From positions 6,820,001 through 6,884,000 of the forward strand of contig OU015567.1 of the NCBI GenBank assembly GCA_907165135.1: a stretch of DNA of 64,000 nucleotides. The letters are read 5' to 3'. Both the position numbers and the translations under genes were made by a program. Shown here piece after piece: positions 1 through 11,400 of the stretch. The notes under the pieces were generated by a model that was not told where the DNA came from, ran no database searches, and saw nothing but the letters and a program-made list of their open reading frames with translations. The stretch's first letter is position 1, and every line of letters starts with the position of its first letter. The DNA is from Oikopleura dioica (taxonomy: Eukaryota > Animalia > Chordata).

Positions 1-41
1 TCGCTTTTTCGGTAATTTGATGATGATTTATGTTTATTTAG

Positions 42-362
42 TCGACTGCCCGGTACAACAGAAAGTCGATAAAGCAGTTCTTCGATTTGAACGGAATCAA
101 ACTCTTGGAACAAGTACTGACTGACTTTTCAAGTGACAACAAAGTGCTTTCCCGAGCAATTTTCATGGCGACCTGTTTCTACCAACAGTGCGATATTGTG
201 CTGGAAGAAGAGGCTGGAAAGACTGTAGATGATGGAATAAAGAAAGAAGAAATCAAAGAATTGTACACAAAACACTCCATTTTTGACAAAGCTGCTCAAT
301 TTGTGAAATCGAATGACTGTAATCTCTCTGAAAACGCTTCAAACTTGCTCAAGCTCAAATGA
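42..362 (+). CDS. 3' exon of an unidentified gene entering from the left edge
   Basis: GT..AG intron at ~12-41, then an open frame to TGA at 362 (…SENASNLLKLK*). AATAAA-like signals at ~496-506. No recognisable domain. Confidence 0.5.
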   Translation, partial: STARYNRKSIKQFFDLNGIKLLEQVLTDFSSDNKVLSRAIFMATCFYQQCDIVLEEEAGKTVDDGIKKEEIKELYTKHSIFDKAAQFVKSNDCNLSENASNLLKLK

Positions 363-550
363 CAATAGATACACTGATAAAATGAAACTAAATCAAGTAA
401 AACTGAATCATATGCAATGACAAATCGAAATAATCAAATGAAACTGGTTCATAATAATCAAAATGTTTGTTGAACTAACCGTTAAAAGATTAGTAAATAA
501 ATAAAATATGAAGTGAATAAAGGAACATCGTTCGATAAACAAACTTCCTC

Positions 551-552
551 AG
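551..552 (+). promoter_or_regulatory. Putative spliced-leader trans-splice acceptor of ABCF2
   Basis: ttcctcAG lies 16 nt before the ATG at 569, only ~200 nt downstream of the previous same-strand stop; no upstream donor is evident. Confidence 0.4.
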
Positions 553-568
553 ACTGGTTTCGTAAAAA

Positions 569-2940
569 ATGCCGAGCGCCGCAGCAAAGAAGAAGGCCGA
601 GCGCAAGAAGCAGCTTGAGAAGGAGCGAATGGCCAAGAAGCTCGGCAAGAAGGAAAACGACGAGGAAGAAGAGGCCGAAACCCAAGAGGAAGAGAAGGTC
701 TGCCCGGTTGGGAAAGTGACAGAGAAAGTGGGAGAGCTGAATGCGAGAGGCACATCTGGTGTTTTGTCCAGTCCGGCGCTCTCGGCTGATATTCATATTC
801 ACAATTTTACCATGTCCTTCCACGGGAAAGTATGCTACCTCCTTCTTCCCCTTTTCATCATCTTTTTTAGGTTTTGTGCCAAGACACAAACTTCGAACTC
901 AACAATGGAAACCGATACGGTCTTCTGGGAGCCAACGGCTGCGGAAAAACGACCCTGATGAAAGCCCTGGCCGAGCAGGATATTCCTCTTCAGAAACATA
1001 TTGATATCTTCTACCTAAGTCGGGAAATGGAAGCGTCGGATAAGACACCACTCGAGTGTGTCCAAGAAGTCGATGAAGAACGAACGCGGTTGGAAGAGGA
1101 AGTTGAATGGATGATGACGGAGGATCCTGAGAATCCACGTCTCAATCAGGTATGGAATTGAGAAGGTGTGACGGCCTAACTGTTTAGATTTACGACCGTC
1201 TGGACGAACTCGATGTCGACAAAGCTGAAGCCAAAGCAGCGCGCATCTTGACCGGTCTGGGCTTCACCGCGCAAATGCAAAAGAAAAAGCTCTCAGATTT
1301 CTCTGGTGGTTGGAGAATGCGTGTCTCGCTCGCTCGAGCGCTCTTCCTCAAGCCGTACTTGATGTTGCTGGATGAACCGACGAATCACTTGGATTTGAAC
1401 GCCTGCGTTTGGCTCGAGCAAGAACTCAAAACTTACAAAAACATTTTGGTACTGATCTCGCACTCGCAGGATTTCCTCAACAACGTCTGCTCCAATATCA
1501 TTTACATGACCCAGTCGAGGATATTGTACGTACTTTTCCATCCCTCATCTTTGTTTTCAAGTCCCTTTTAGGCAGTTCAGCGGCAACTACGACACTTTCA
1601 TCCAAACACTGACCGAGCAGCAAGAAAACCAAATGAAGAAATACTCGAAAGAACAAACCGACATCGCGAAGATGAAAGAATACGTCGCTCGCTTCGGTCA
1701 CGGTTCTCGAAAACTCGCCAAACAGGGAAAGTCCAAAGAAAAATTGCTGAACAAGCGGCTGGCCGAAGGGCTCACTGAAGCTGTTTACAGAGAGAAGACC
1801 GTTTCCTTCAAGTTCAATAATGTCTCCTCGCTGCCGAGTCCGGTCATGATGGTGCAGGGCGTGTCCTTTAGGTATAATGAAACGACGCCTTGGATTTATG
1901 ATAACTTGGAGTTCGGAATGGATTTGGATACGAGAGTCGCTCTTGTAGGACCTAATGGTGCTGGTAAATCTACTCTTCTCAAGGTAAAACATCGCCAACG
2001 CCATAAAACTAATCATCAATCAGCTTATATCCGGAGAACTCCTCCCCACAGACGGAATGATTCGGCGACACAGTCACTTGAAAATCGCTAGATATCATCA
2101 GCATCTTGCCGATCAGCTCGACTTGTCTGCTTCTCCTCTTGAATACATGATGGCCCGTAAGTTTTCTTCTATGTTCTCATCTCTCATATCTATTCCCTAA
2201 AGAGTATCCCGAGATGAAGGACATCGAACAGACGCGAAAGATAGTTGGTAGATATGGAATCACTGGTAAACAACAAACGACGCCTATTGGATGTTTGTCG
2301 GATGGACAAAGAGTGAGAGAGCTTCTTTGTGATTCAGTCTTGATGATGATAAATTCTAGTGTCGAGTCGCTCTCGCCTGGCTGGCGTGGCAAAACGGCCA
2401 TTTCCTCCTCCTCGACGAACCTACAAACCACTTGGATATCGAAACCATCGACGCCCTTGCGGACGCGATTAAAGCTTTCAACGGAGGCATGGTCTTGGTT
2501 TCTCACGATTTCAGACTGATCAATCAGGTCGCCGAAGAAATCTGGGAGTGCCGAGACGGAGATATTCACAAATGGCAGGGAGACATTATCGAGTACAAAG
2601 AGCATCTGATCGCGCACATGGGAGACGAAAGCGTCAATATGGCTCAATCGGCCGATAATCGAGTCAGGGCGAAAGCTAAAACCGCTGCTCCAGCTCCTGC
2701 TCCAGGTTAGAAAAAGATACAAAATCCCCTCTAAGCCTCTAATTTTCAGCTCCGAAGCCAACAACTTCGATCAAAATCGGCTTCGCTCCTCCCGCTAAAA
2801 CCGCCGCTCCAGCTCCTGCAGCAGCTTCAAATGGTGCCGCAAAGCCAACCGGCGGCTACGTCCCACCTCATATGCGAAACAGACAGCAAGCTCCTCCCAG
2901 TAAAGCATCAGAAAGTGACGATTGGTTCGGAGACGATTAG
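569..2940 (+). CDS. ABCF2: ABC-F family ATPase ABCF2, 8 exons, with a Pro/Ala-rich C-terminal extension
   Basis: Two ABC domains and no TM segments: Walker [10 protein letters not shown] and GPNGAGKST, signatures FSGGWRMR and [16 protein letters not shown] twice, LISHS/LVSHD. Short GT-AG introns at about 829-870, 1150-1188, 1530-1571, 1984-2023, 2157-2202, 2313-2359 and 2706-2749 keep the frame to TAG at 2940. Confidence 0.92.
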
Positions 2941-3563
2941 GTTCTAAGGAAATTCCCTTTTTGAGAATTACTAGTTAACAAATTATTTAAATCTTCTTTT
3001 TACTCACTGCTCCTATGCTCCTTCGTCAGTTTATCTAACAAGAACCAACTGTAACTGTTACATAACTATCGTGTCCAATCATGGCTTCATTTTTCTTTCC
3101 CAATCATGTTGAATTTCAAGTTAGTCCCGTCTTTTCAAGGTAGATTCAGTCAAAAGTCGCAAAAAGGAGCACCAATCAAAAATCAACAAAAAATAACTAA
3201 ACCTACGTTGAATAGAAAGATCGTGGGCGCTTGTTTAATCCTTGGGAAATGCCGATTTTGAATGCCTGTACATCTCTAGAATAAATTAATTAATTTCACC
3301 ACTAAACGAAAAAAAATTGAAGACTTGAGTCTCTGAAGAGCTCTTTCTTACTCCCCGCATGTGTAATTGTTAAAAAGAAGCAAGCTAGAATCCCTTCCAT
3401 ATCCTTAATTTATTTGTTAAAAAAGCTGCTCCGTCGAGCTCCGAAAAATCCCAATTTCTTGAGCTGATGTGAATCGAACGCCATGTCCGAAAGTTTCCGA
3501 AAAGTTTTCCGTTAAAGTCGAGAGCGCGAATTAAAGATAGTACCTCTCTGAAATCATGTGTTC

Positions 3564-3898
3564 TATAGAATGAAAAGGACCCCTGTGCAGATCAAAATAA
3601 ATGGAGCTTGTGGAACATTGACGTTTGAATCTGCGACGGCTCCGGTTCGAGCTCACATTCGCAGAATCATTCATCCCTTTTCTAAAGTCGCGTTGCAAGG
3701 AGTAGTTGCAGGAGAAGCAAGTAAGAAATCATTACATTCGCAATTTCCACTGTTCGAATTCTAGTTGAGTACGAGCTTGGATATCCACACCCGGAAATCA
3801 TACCTTACGGACCAGAATCAGCCGTATTCGATTCATTTCTTCAAAAAATCAATATTGGCGATATCGCTTGCATAGAAATAAACGACAAACAATTCAAG
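3564..3898 (+). CDS. Spliced exons of a small uncharacterised protein (ends unresolved)
   Basis: Acceptor tctatAG at ~3563, exon RMKRTPVQIK…VVAGEA, intron 3721-3764 (gtaag…ctag), exon VEYELGYPHPEIIPYG…NDKQFK, then a gtaatt donor. Confidence 0.4.
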
Positions 3899-4061
3899 GT
3901 AATTCAGCCTTTTTTGTGAATGAATTTATTTGCTGGATACAACTACTGGCTGTGAGAAAGTACCGTTATCTGTTGGCAGTAGCTCTTTTGAACTGGGGAC
4001 AGTATAGTTGTGAGAAAGATATAGAAAAATATGAATATATGAAAATAAATATTGGAATGTG

Positions 4062-5343
4062 CTATTCAGAATATTTGTAGAAATTCAAATTCAAAAGCCA
4101 TGCTTTCGTTTGCGAGAGTTTGATTTTCTTCGATTTTCTCGCTCTCGTTCTTGCTGCAGTTCGCGCTGACGACCTCGACGAACCGCGACTAAAGTTATCT
4201 ATCAAATTTGAAAGTTTAGCTTGTTGATTACGTTCTAGTTCGGCGACGCATTCGTGAAGACGTCGCAAAAGCTCTACGCCATTCGCGGGTGTCCAGCGGA
4301 GAGGGAGATAAGCCCGGATATCGCTGAGCATATCTCGTTGGTCTTGGATCATTGATTGGAGTTGGCGGTTCGTTTCTTCGAATTCTTCGATTAGGTACTT
4401 TTTGTTTGTTCTCAAAGGTTTGATAAAACATCACTAATGACATTAGTCTAATGTAAATAACCACTGTTCGATATTTAATTTTGATCGTTGGGAACTATGC
4501 CCGCGGTACAAAAATGGGAATATTTCCATCGGAGTCAAGTGGTCGTACTCGTGAGTTGACAGCTCCACCGCATTTTTTGCTCCCTTCTTTTGGGGGACAG
4601 TGCTAGAAATAATGATTAGTGGGGGAATAGCAAGGAGGGGCAGTTAGTAACTACTAGTTACTTTTGAAAGTGAAAATAGCTGCTGCTGCCAGAAGCTGTT
4701 CAGATATTCGATGTAGGCGTAGATTGGAGTGAGTTCATTTTGGAAGTGGATGAACATCGTGTAGACTTCCAACTTTGGCATGTCCAATCGTTGGCTTGGA
4801 GTGAAGCTTCTACATTTTTCGTTGAAATTTTTAACAAAACAATCCAGTACCGTAATTCTCGAGGAACGGGAACGCTCAAGGCATAGCGTCCAAAAAGTCG
4901 AGCAAATGGTCCTCTTCGGTCTCGTCGTGGAACGGCGATGTGATAATACCAATTATCCTCGATATGATCAGTTGCGCCGTAAGTTGGTTCTTCCCCGTAC
5001 ATGTAGAAGTAGTCTGAATATCGGCCGCTTGGTGGTCGGGGAATTCGCTGGTTGACTGGGACTTGGGTCATGTCGACTTCTCTGGGTGGACGGGGCTGGA
5101 CAATGTGTGAGAGATTGGGAACTGGGCGCTAGAAAAGATGATAAGGAAATTCCAAGATTTCAATTTTGAAATCAAGAAAGAGTATGATCTTACCATTGAA
5201 ATCGGCCGTTCCTGGCCCAGATGGGGTTGTTGCGGCGCATGAGGAGTTCTCCGAGTATCAGTTCGTACTCGTTTCTCAACAGTGGTCTCTTCATCATTTT
5301 GTCCAAGCTCTTTGTTATCTCTTTTACGGCCCTTATCGCCCAT
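4062..5343 (-). CDS. Uncharacterised gene(s): charged N-terminus and C-terminal coiled coil
   Basis: ATG-initiated charged exon MGDKGRKRDNKELGQNDEE… followed by a gtaaga donor. Distal exon has heptad-like LIEEFEETNRQLQSMIQDQRDML. The middle exons could not be framed. Confidence 0.35.
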
Positions 5344-5464
5344 TATCACTGATTTCTTGTGAAGAGTGAGAAAAAACCAAGTTTACCATCTCACAATAAC
5401 CGGTCTTCTAGAGAAGGTCTAACATCCTTCTCAAATTCAATACTCAACAACATCTTGTCCTTAG

Positions 5465-6117
5465 GTCAGTCTTGCAGACATCATCCACAGCATTCCAATC
5501 AAAGAGTACGCCGACGATGACAAAATTGCTCAAGCAACGACTCTTCGCGAAATCGGAAACGGATTTTATAAAGAAAAAAAGTTTGTTGAAGCAAAACAAG
5601 CGTACAAAAACTCTCTTTACTGGAGGAAAGGAGTGATCAATTTTCAAATTAAAACGAATTATCCAGGACTCTTTTTTGATCATTGAAAAGCGGAATAACT
5701 GGATTTAAGACGGAGGAACTACAAAGAAAGAAGACTGAAATGGCTGGGAAAATCATCTCTAATTTGTCGGCAATACATGCTTTCGAAAAGAATTGGCCGA
5801 CGACAGTTACATGTTGCAATCAAGTCATAAAGATGAGCAAGGAAATGCCGAATGTAACCATCGTCAAAAATATTAACACGGTTCATCTCAGACTTGCCGA
5901 AGCGCAAGAAAGGCTGAATAACTTTGACTTGTCAAATCAAGCCATCGGTAAATTGAATCGCCAAACTTCAAATTCTAACTCAGTTTGCTCAGATTTGATC
6001 AAGGAGCCAAGCCCGGCGGAGGAAAAACGAATTAAAACAATTCAAGATCGTATCGCTGCAAAAACGAAGAAAAACGATGAGGTGATGTCGAAGAGACTGA
6101 AAAATCTTTTCGGCTAG
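5465..6117 (+). CDS. TPR protein of the FKBP/cyclophilin-40 (immunophilin) type; 5' end unresolved
   Basis: TPR1 LREIGNGFYKEKKFVEAKQAYKNSL, TPR2 KIISNLSAIHAFEKNW, TPR3 HLRLAEAQERLNNFD. The C-terminal helix ending MSKRLKNLFG* is typical of Hsp90 co-chaperone TPRs. Confidence 0.72.
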
Positions 6118-6214
6118 AGAAAGTCGAGAAAGCCCACAAGTTGTTTTCGTCTCTGTATCAATTTCAACAAGGATAAACCGAGAGAATCAACAATTTTCTA
6201 ACAGAAAAACTTTT

Positions 6215-6216
6215 AG
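6215..6216 (+). promoter_or_regulatory. Putative trans-splice acceptor (operon-like spacing)
   Basis: ttttAG/aATG sits directly before the start at 6218, 100 nt after the TPR gene stop on the same strand. Confidence 0.5.
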
Positions 6217-6217
6217 A

Positions 6218-8153
6218 ATGAACTCACCAAATGCGAGATTGCCAATAAACGAAAACACGATTCGCTCGCTCCAAGCCCAGCTCAGTCTTTTAGAGCGTTC
6301 TCTAGGAAGAGATCCCCAGACATCCGCTCCAGATTTATCACAGACATTGCCAGCTCCGATAGCTCGCTACAGCGATACAGCCAGTTCCGGCAAGCTCTCC
6401 CGCCTAGGTACGTCCCTTCAGGAGCTCTTCCATCTCTAGACGAGTTTTAGACGAATTGACAAACAAGTTGAAAGAAAAGCTCGACCAGATAGAGCAGCCT
6501 ATCAATAGAAGCCCAAACGCATACATGGAAAGCAACGCCCGTTTTAATTACACCTTTCCGTCTCAGGGGCGACTGGACTTCGATGCTTATGAAATGAAAG
6601 AAGAGGAATCGTCAGAAATGAAGGATAAAATAGCTGCTATAGAAGGAATGAAGGCGCTGGAAAGACTTGAAGCGAGGAAAAAACGTAGCGATATTCAACG
6701 AAAAATGGATGAGACCCGAAAAGAGCTCGAATTTCTCAAGGTAAAATCTGATAAAACTGCTAAGAAAGATGACATTCATTTTAGAAAGAAGAGGAGCGAC
6801 TGGAAATCGAGCAAATCAAGGCGCTTTCCATGAAGAGAATGCCTTACAGAGAGATGAATTCAGTCAATGTAGAAGTCGGAAGTCCAGATAACGATGGCGA
6901 AATCGATAACTCGGATTCTGAGCATCATACTTACACAGTCTGCCGCGACGACGAAAACCAGTTGGCGGAGAGAATCAGTTCTTTGGAACGAGTCATTGTC
7001 AAAGGTACTATTTTTTGTAAAAACCGTTTCTAAACCCCCTTTTTTCAGTGTTGGCGGAAAATGAAGATAATAAAAACCAAATCGCAGAACTAAAATCGAT
7101 TGTTGCGAAGAAATCAGCAGTCCAAAACGCCCCGCCAGCGAGCAGCGGCAAGATCTTTTCCTCGACTCCTCATAAGAACCAGAAACAGGCCAAGGGAGGA
7201 AATCTAAGCCGAACAGCTCGGGAAACTCTTCATCGCGTGGAAAATCTCTTCAAAACTCAACCAGAGTCTACTGCATTCTTCGCCACGACGATGGCGCTTC
7301 TTTCTGTAGCTAAAACTCCGAACATTCAGGTAAGCGCTCGATGCTAGAATCTTTCTAATGCGTGCTAAGAAAAAGATCAAAGAAGTGATCCAAAGCGAAA
7401 TCGATGGAACTGGAAGCGAGATTGAAATCTCTGACGGAGAAGTCAGCGAAATAGATCGAGAACAGCGACTTGCAGATCTCTACGAAAAACAACTCCCCGA
7501 TTATGTTGAATCTCTACTTGAACCCTTGATCACCAGCCTAGTTCAAAAAGTAAGACTTCCTCAAACATTCGAATCCATTAAAATTTTCAAGGATGAAGCT
7601 TTAACTCATGCCGACGTGAAAGACTTCGTCGACAAGTTTTCCTTGAACGCTGGAGTGCTCTCACTTCCAGCGCGGCAACGAGACTCGTTCAAGGGCCAGC
7701 TTCTTCTTCATTTGAGCAGTTTTATTGGAAACACTAAAATTCAACGGTAACAGTGAGCGCGAGTCGGTACTTTGGAACAATCTTTAAGGGCGACGCTGGA
7801 AAATGATTTGGTGAAGTTTTTAGCCACTCTTGTTGATAAAATCCGATCAGAGAAGAAAATGTAAGCAATTACTATCTTGAATATGAGCCCAGCTAATTCA
7901 ATCTTCAATTCAGAGATGCAGATGGAGACAATGCGCCAGTAACTCAAAACATAAAGACGGGCGCTAAGATTCAGTTTACAGATGCAGAGCTTCAGGTACG
8001 AAGACTTAATTACCTTCAACTTTTCTAACAACTCATTAGGCCCTAACATCTTATGGAAGCGGCGAGGATGACTCCGCTGAAGATTTCGATGAAGTCGACA
8101 TTATCGAAGAAACAGAAGCCTCTTTTGTTGCCGGTCTTGGCGAAGAAAACTAA
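6218..8153 (+). CDS. Multi-exon coiled-coil/low-complexity protein, tentatively PCM1-like
   Basis: Several in-frame exons separated by ~40-nt introns, with coiled coils. The helical region FKGQLLLHLSSFIG…LENDLVKFLATL loosely resembles the PCM1 C-domain. Acidic tail DDSAEDFDEVDII…GEEN* ends at 8153. The gene is solid; the identity is weak. Confidence 0.55.
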
Positions 8154-8457
8154 CCCTTCGTATTTCAGTTCTACTTTATATAACACAACCAAATTAGAGG
8201 TCACCTTCACTTTCACTGCCTCAACAAAAATATTTTTTTCACAATAAATTCTTATTTTATTAAAAATCCGAGAATCAATTTTGATTTTAAATTGATCTAA
8301 TGCTTTATTTATTTCACTATAACTCGACATTTTTCGGTATTGATGAATTCTACAAGTAACGGATTGAATTTTCGGAAATTTCAAAATACGCAGTGGCTAT
8401 TCAATATCAAGAGATAAATTTACAAATTCCATTCTTCAGCATTCAGGAAAGTCTTTC

Positions 8458-11400
8458 TTACAGTCGAACTGTGCACGCGCCAGTTCTGTGGTTTGTCCAT
8501 CCAGCGTCGCATTCACACGTGACTCCGAATCGCGTCGCAACGCAGGAGCCGTTCTGACACCCGCCTGGTAGTCCACAGAAGTTGTTTGAACCAGTCTGAT
8601 AATGGGTCAATTAGTGGACTCCTCGTTAATTGATTTCACACTTCTCCCTTTTGACGGGAAAAGTTCGTCGTCCTTAAGTTCTTTTGATCCCTTCCTGTTC
8701 TACTTCTGGATTAGAAATTGGCACCGCTCGACTATCATCGCTCATGTTTGGACCCATGATCGAGCTCAAATCCTCGTCCATGGAAGAATAGCCTGGAAGG
8801 GAGGAATCATCGAATTCTTCTTCCATATTGTCCATTGGATCGTAAGAGGGGAAGGCATTCTCGCTCGAATCATCGTAATCCGGTCGGAACTGATCTGGGT
8901 TGAAGGAATTGTCTTCAGAGTCGTCTGAAGACGAGTCTGAAGAAGAGGAGGAAGATCCAGTGGAGTTTTCAGCATCAGAATCCCGAACCGTCGCGCAGCT
9001 CAAATCCTTGAAAAAATACAGTAACGCTGAATTGAAAAGAGAATTCTTCTGTGTTACCTTGGCGATTGAGTTGTCACAAGCAAAGCATTGCTTCTCCGTT
9101 CCCCAATAACCACCCTTGCCCTCGCAGCAGCATTGATTAAATGTGACGCCCCACTCTGAATTGTTAAAATTGAAACACACGAGTCAATTGATTTAGGAGC
9201 TTCATCCCCCGATTCGAAATCATTTGACAACAACTGATCAATGCAGAATTGCTTGCTTTTTTTGCGCGACCTCGTTTTTACTTCCTCCGCGTCAAATATT
9301 GCCGCTTAGCAGCAAAACGATTGCCCTCCGAGTTCCTCTTTGATAGTTGAGGAACTCTGACGCCCCCTGCGAGGGCGCCGTGAGCTGAAATAAGGAGGTT
9401 GCCCAAGAGAGAAGAGAGAGCTCCCACGGTGAAGTCCTCAAGGCGCTGCAGGAAGCCACTTTATTTTTTTCAGAAGAGGAGACTGTATAACTCTATCAGA
9501 GACAGACAGAAGAAAATTAAGAGATGGGTAGCTCTAAGAAATCTATTCGCTGTGCGATAAGCTTTTTAAAAGGTCTGTTTTATAGAGAAAAAATTGATTA
9601 GTAAAATGTTTGCTTAGGGCTGATAACAATATGCAGTTTTATCAGCTTGATTTCCGGCTCTTTGCTGCTTGGAATCGGAGTTTACTTGCTAATGATGATT
9701 GCTCAGTTCAAGGAAGAGTTTTTGACGTTCGTCAATGACCAAGTTTTGCCGTTTACGTTAATAGGAGTTGGAATTTATATTGCGATTACGGCGACTACAG
9801 GTAGTTTTTCCTCGAATTCCAATTCATGCCGATTTCTAGGGCTTTGTCTTGCTTGTAATGTCCGGAAAGCGGTCGTGTACTGCCACAGTATTCTATCAGT
9901 AATCGCGTTTACTATTTTGGTTTCCGGGGGAGTACTTTTGCTGACCTTTGAGGTAAATTTACGTTTTATGACTCTTTTCTCTACGCATTTTCAGAATTTG
10001 GTCGCGGAAGAACTTTCGAATGGGCTTATTCGCCAGATGACAAACTACAGCCAATTCACTTCCGAACCCGAGTTAATAGGTACCCTTGTAGTTTTTTAAA
10101 TGATTCCTTACGAGGTGATAACAACTGGGACTCAGATGGGTTCTGAATTTGAATTCTTGATTTCGTTTTTTTTTTGAAAATTGAAAATTTGGAGGGAAAC
10201 TAAAAGGACAAATGCTGTGAATACTCCTGTGATTCATAAACAAGTTCTTCAAGTGAAATTCAAATTCATAGCCCCTCTCACCGGATGAATAGTAAACCTT
10301 GTAAAGCGCCACTTGACCTCAATAAAAATATTTTTACTACGGTATTTTTAGACGAAATCCAAGTGACACTTGGGTGCTGCGGATCAGCTGGCGCTGGTGA
10401 CTGGTTAAAGTACGGCGCGCAAAATCCACCTGATTCATGCTGCTCCCAGGGACACAACTGTTGGACTCACTCGAAGCTTCAACACTTGCGAGTCCAAGAT
10501 GGATGTGTGGATAAATGTAAGCTTGCAGGATTTAGAGTCTCTCCAATCATTCAGTGCTCGGAGTCAAAAATGAAGAAGTCGAGAACAGTCTTATCGGCAC
10601 TCCTTACGACAATCTCAATTACTTGATCATTGGGATATTATCATTTGCATGCCTGGAAATACTTGCAGCAATACTTTCCTGCTGCGTTGGGCTCAAAGTT
10701 CACCAACTTAGACATTTCTCTTATCATTCCGGGAAGAACTAACTATCCGTCTTTGCAACCTCTACCTCCTCTATCAAAGTTTTACCTCACTGTACATATG
10801 AAAAAGCCTACCTAATAAACAATAATAATTAATTGTACCTGTCGCAAAAAGATTGTCACATCCAACATCTGTGTCGCCACGATCACTGTAGCACTTTGCT
10901 GGCTTGTTGAAGTCGACAGTTTCTTGCTTGTTCTGGACCAGGGCGCGGTAAGGATTTCCAGCGATTGACTTTTGACAGCGGCCGTCAATCTCCGTCTCTC
11001 CCTAGAAAGAGATGCCTCCTGATTGTTGAAGAAAGCTTTACCTCGGGACAAATGCAAATATATCCGCCATCAGTATCCGTGCACTGTCCTCCTTTGCATC
11101 GAGAGAAACACTCGTTGAAATCGACACAGCTCTCTTAACGAACATTACGATTATCCTGACTTCACCATCCTTTACTTGTTCGATGGTCCCAGTAATATCC
11201 GGGCTTTTCGCATCCGCACTTGTATCCAGCTGGCCCATTGTCGAAGCACTTTCCACCTGGGCACAGTTTTTCGTCGCCGAAGATGAGGCACTCGTCGATT
11301 TCATTTCGATTTGCGGTGAATCCCTTTCCGTATTTGCACTAAATTTCATATTGTTATCTTTGATGAAGTTCATATTCTTACCTTTTTGAGATAATCAGAA

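Noticed and set aside
2177-2764. 195-aa minus-strand ORF (also 1498-2019 and similar)
   Set aside because: Antisense shadow of ABCF2 coding exons.
4644-5369. An FKBP domain upstream of the TPR exons
   Set aside because: Plus-strand frames contain stops and no convincing FKBP motif; the minus strand looks more coding here.
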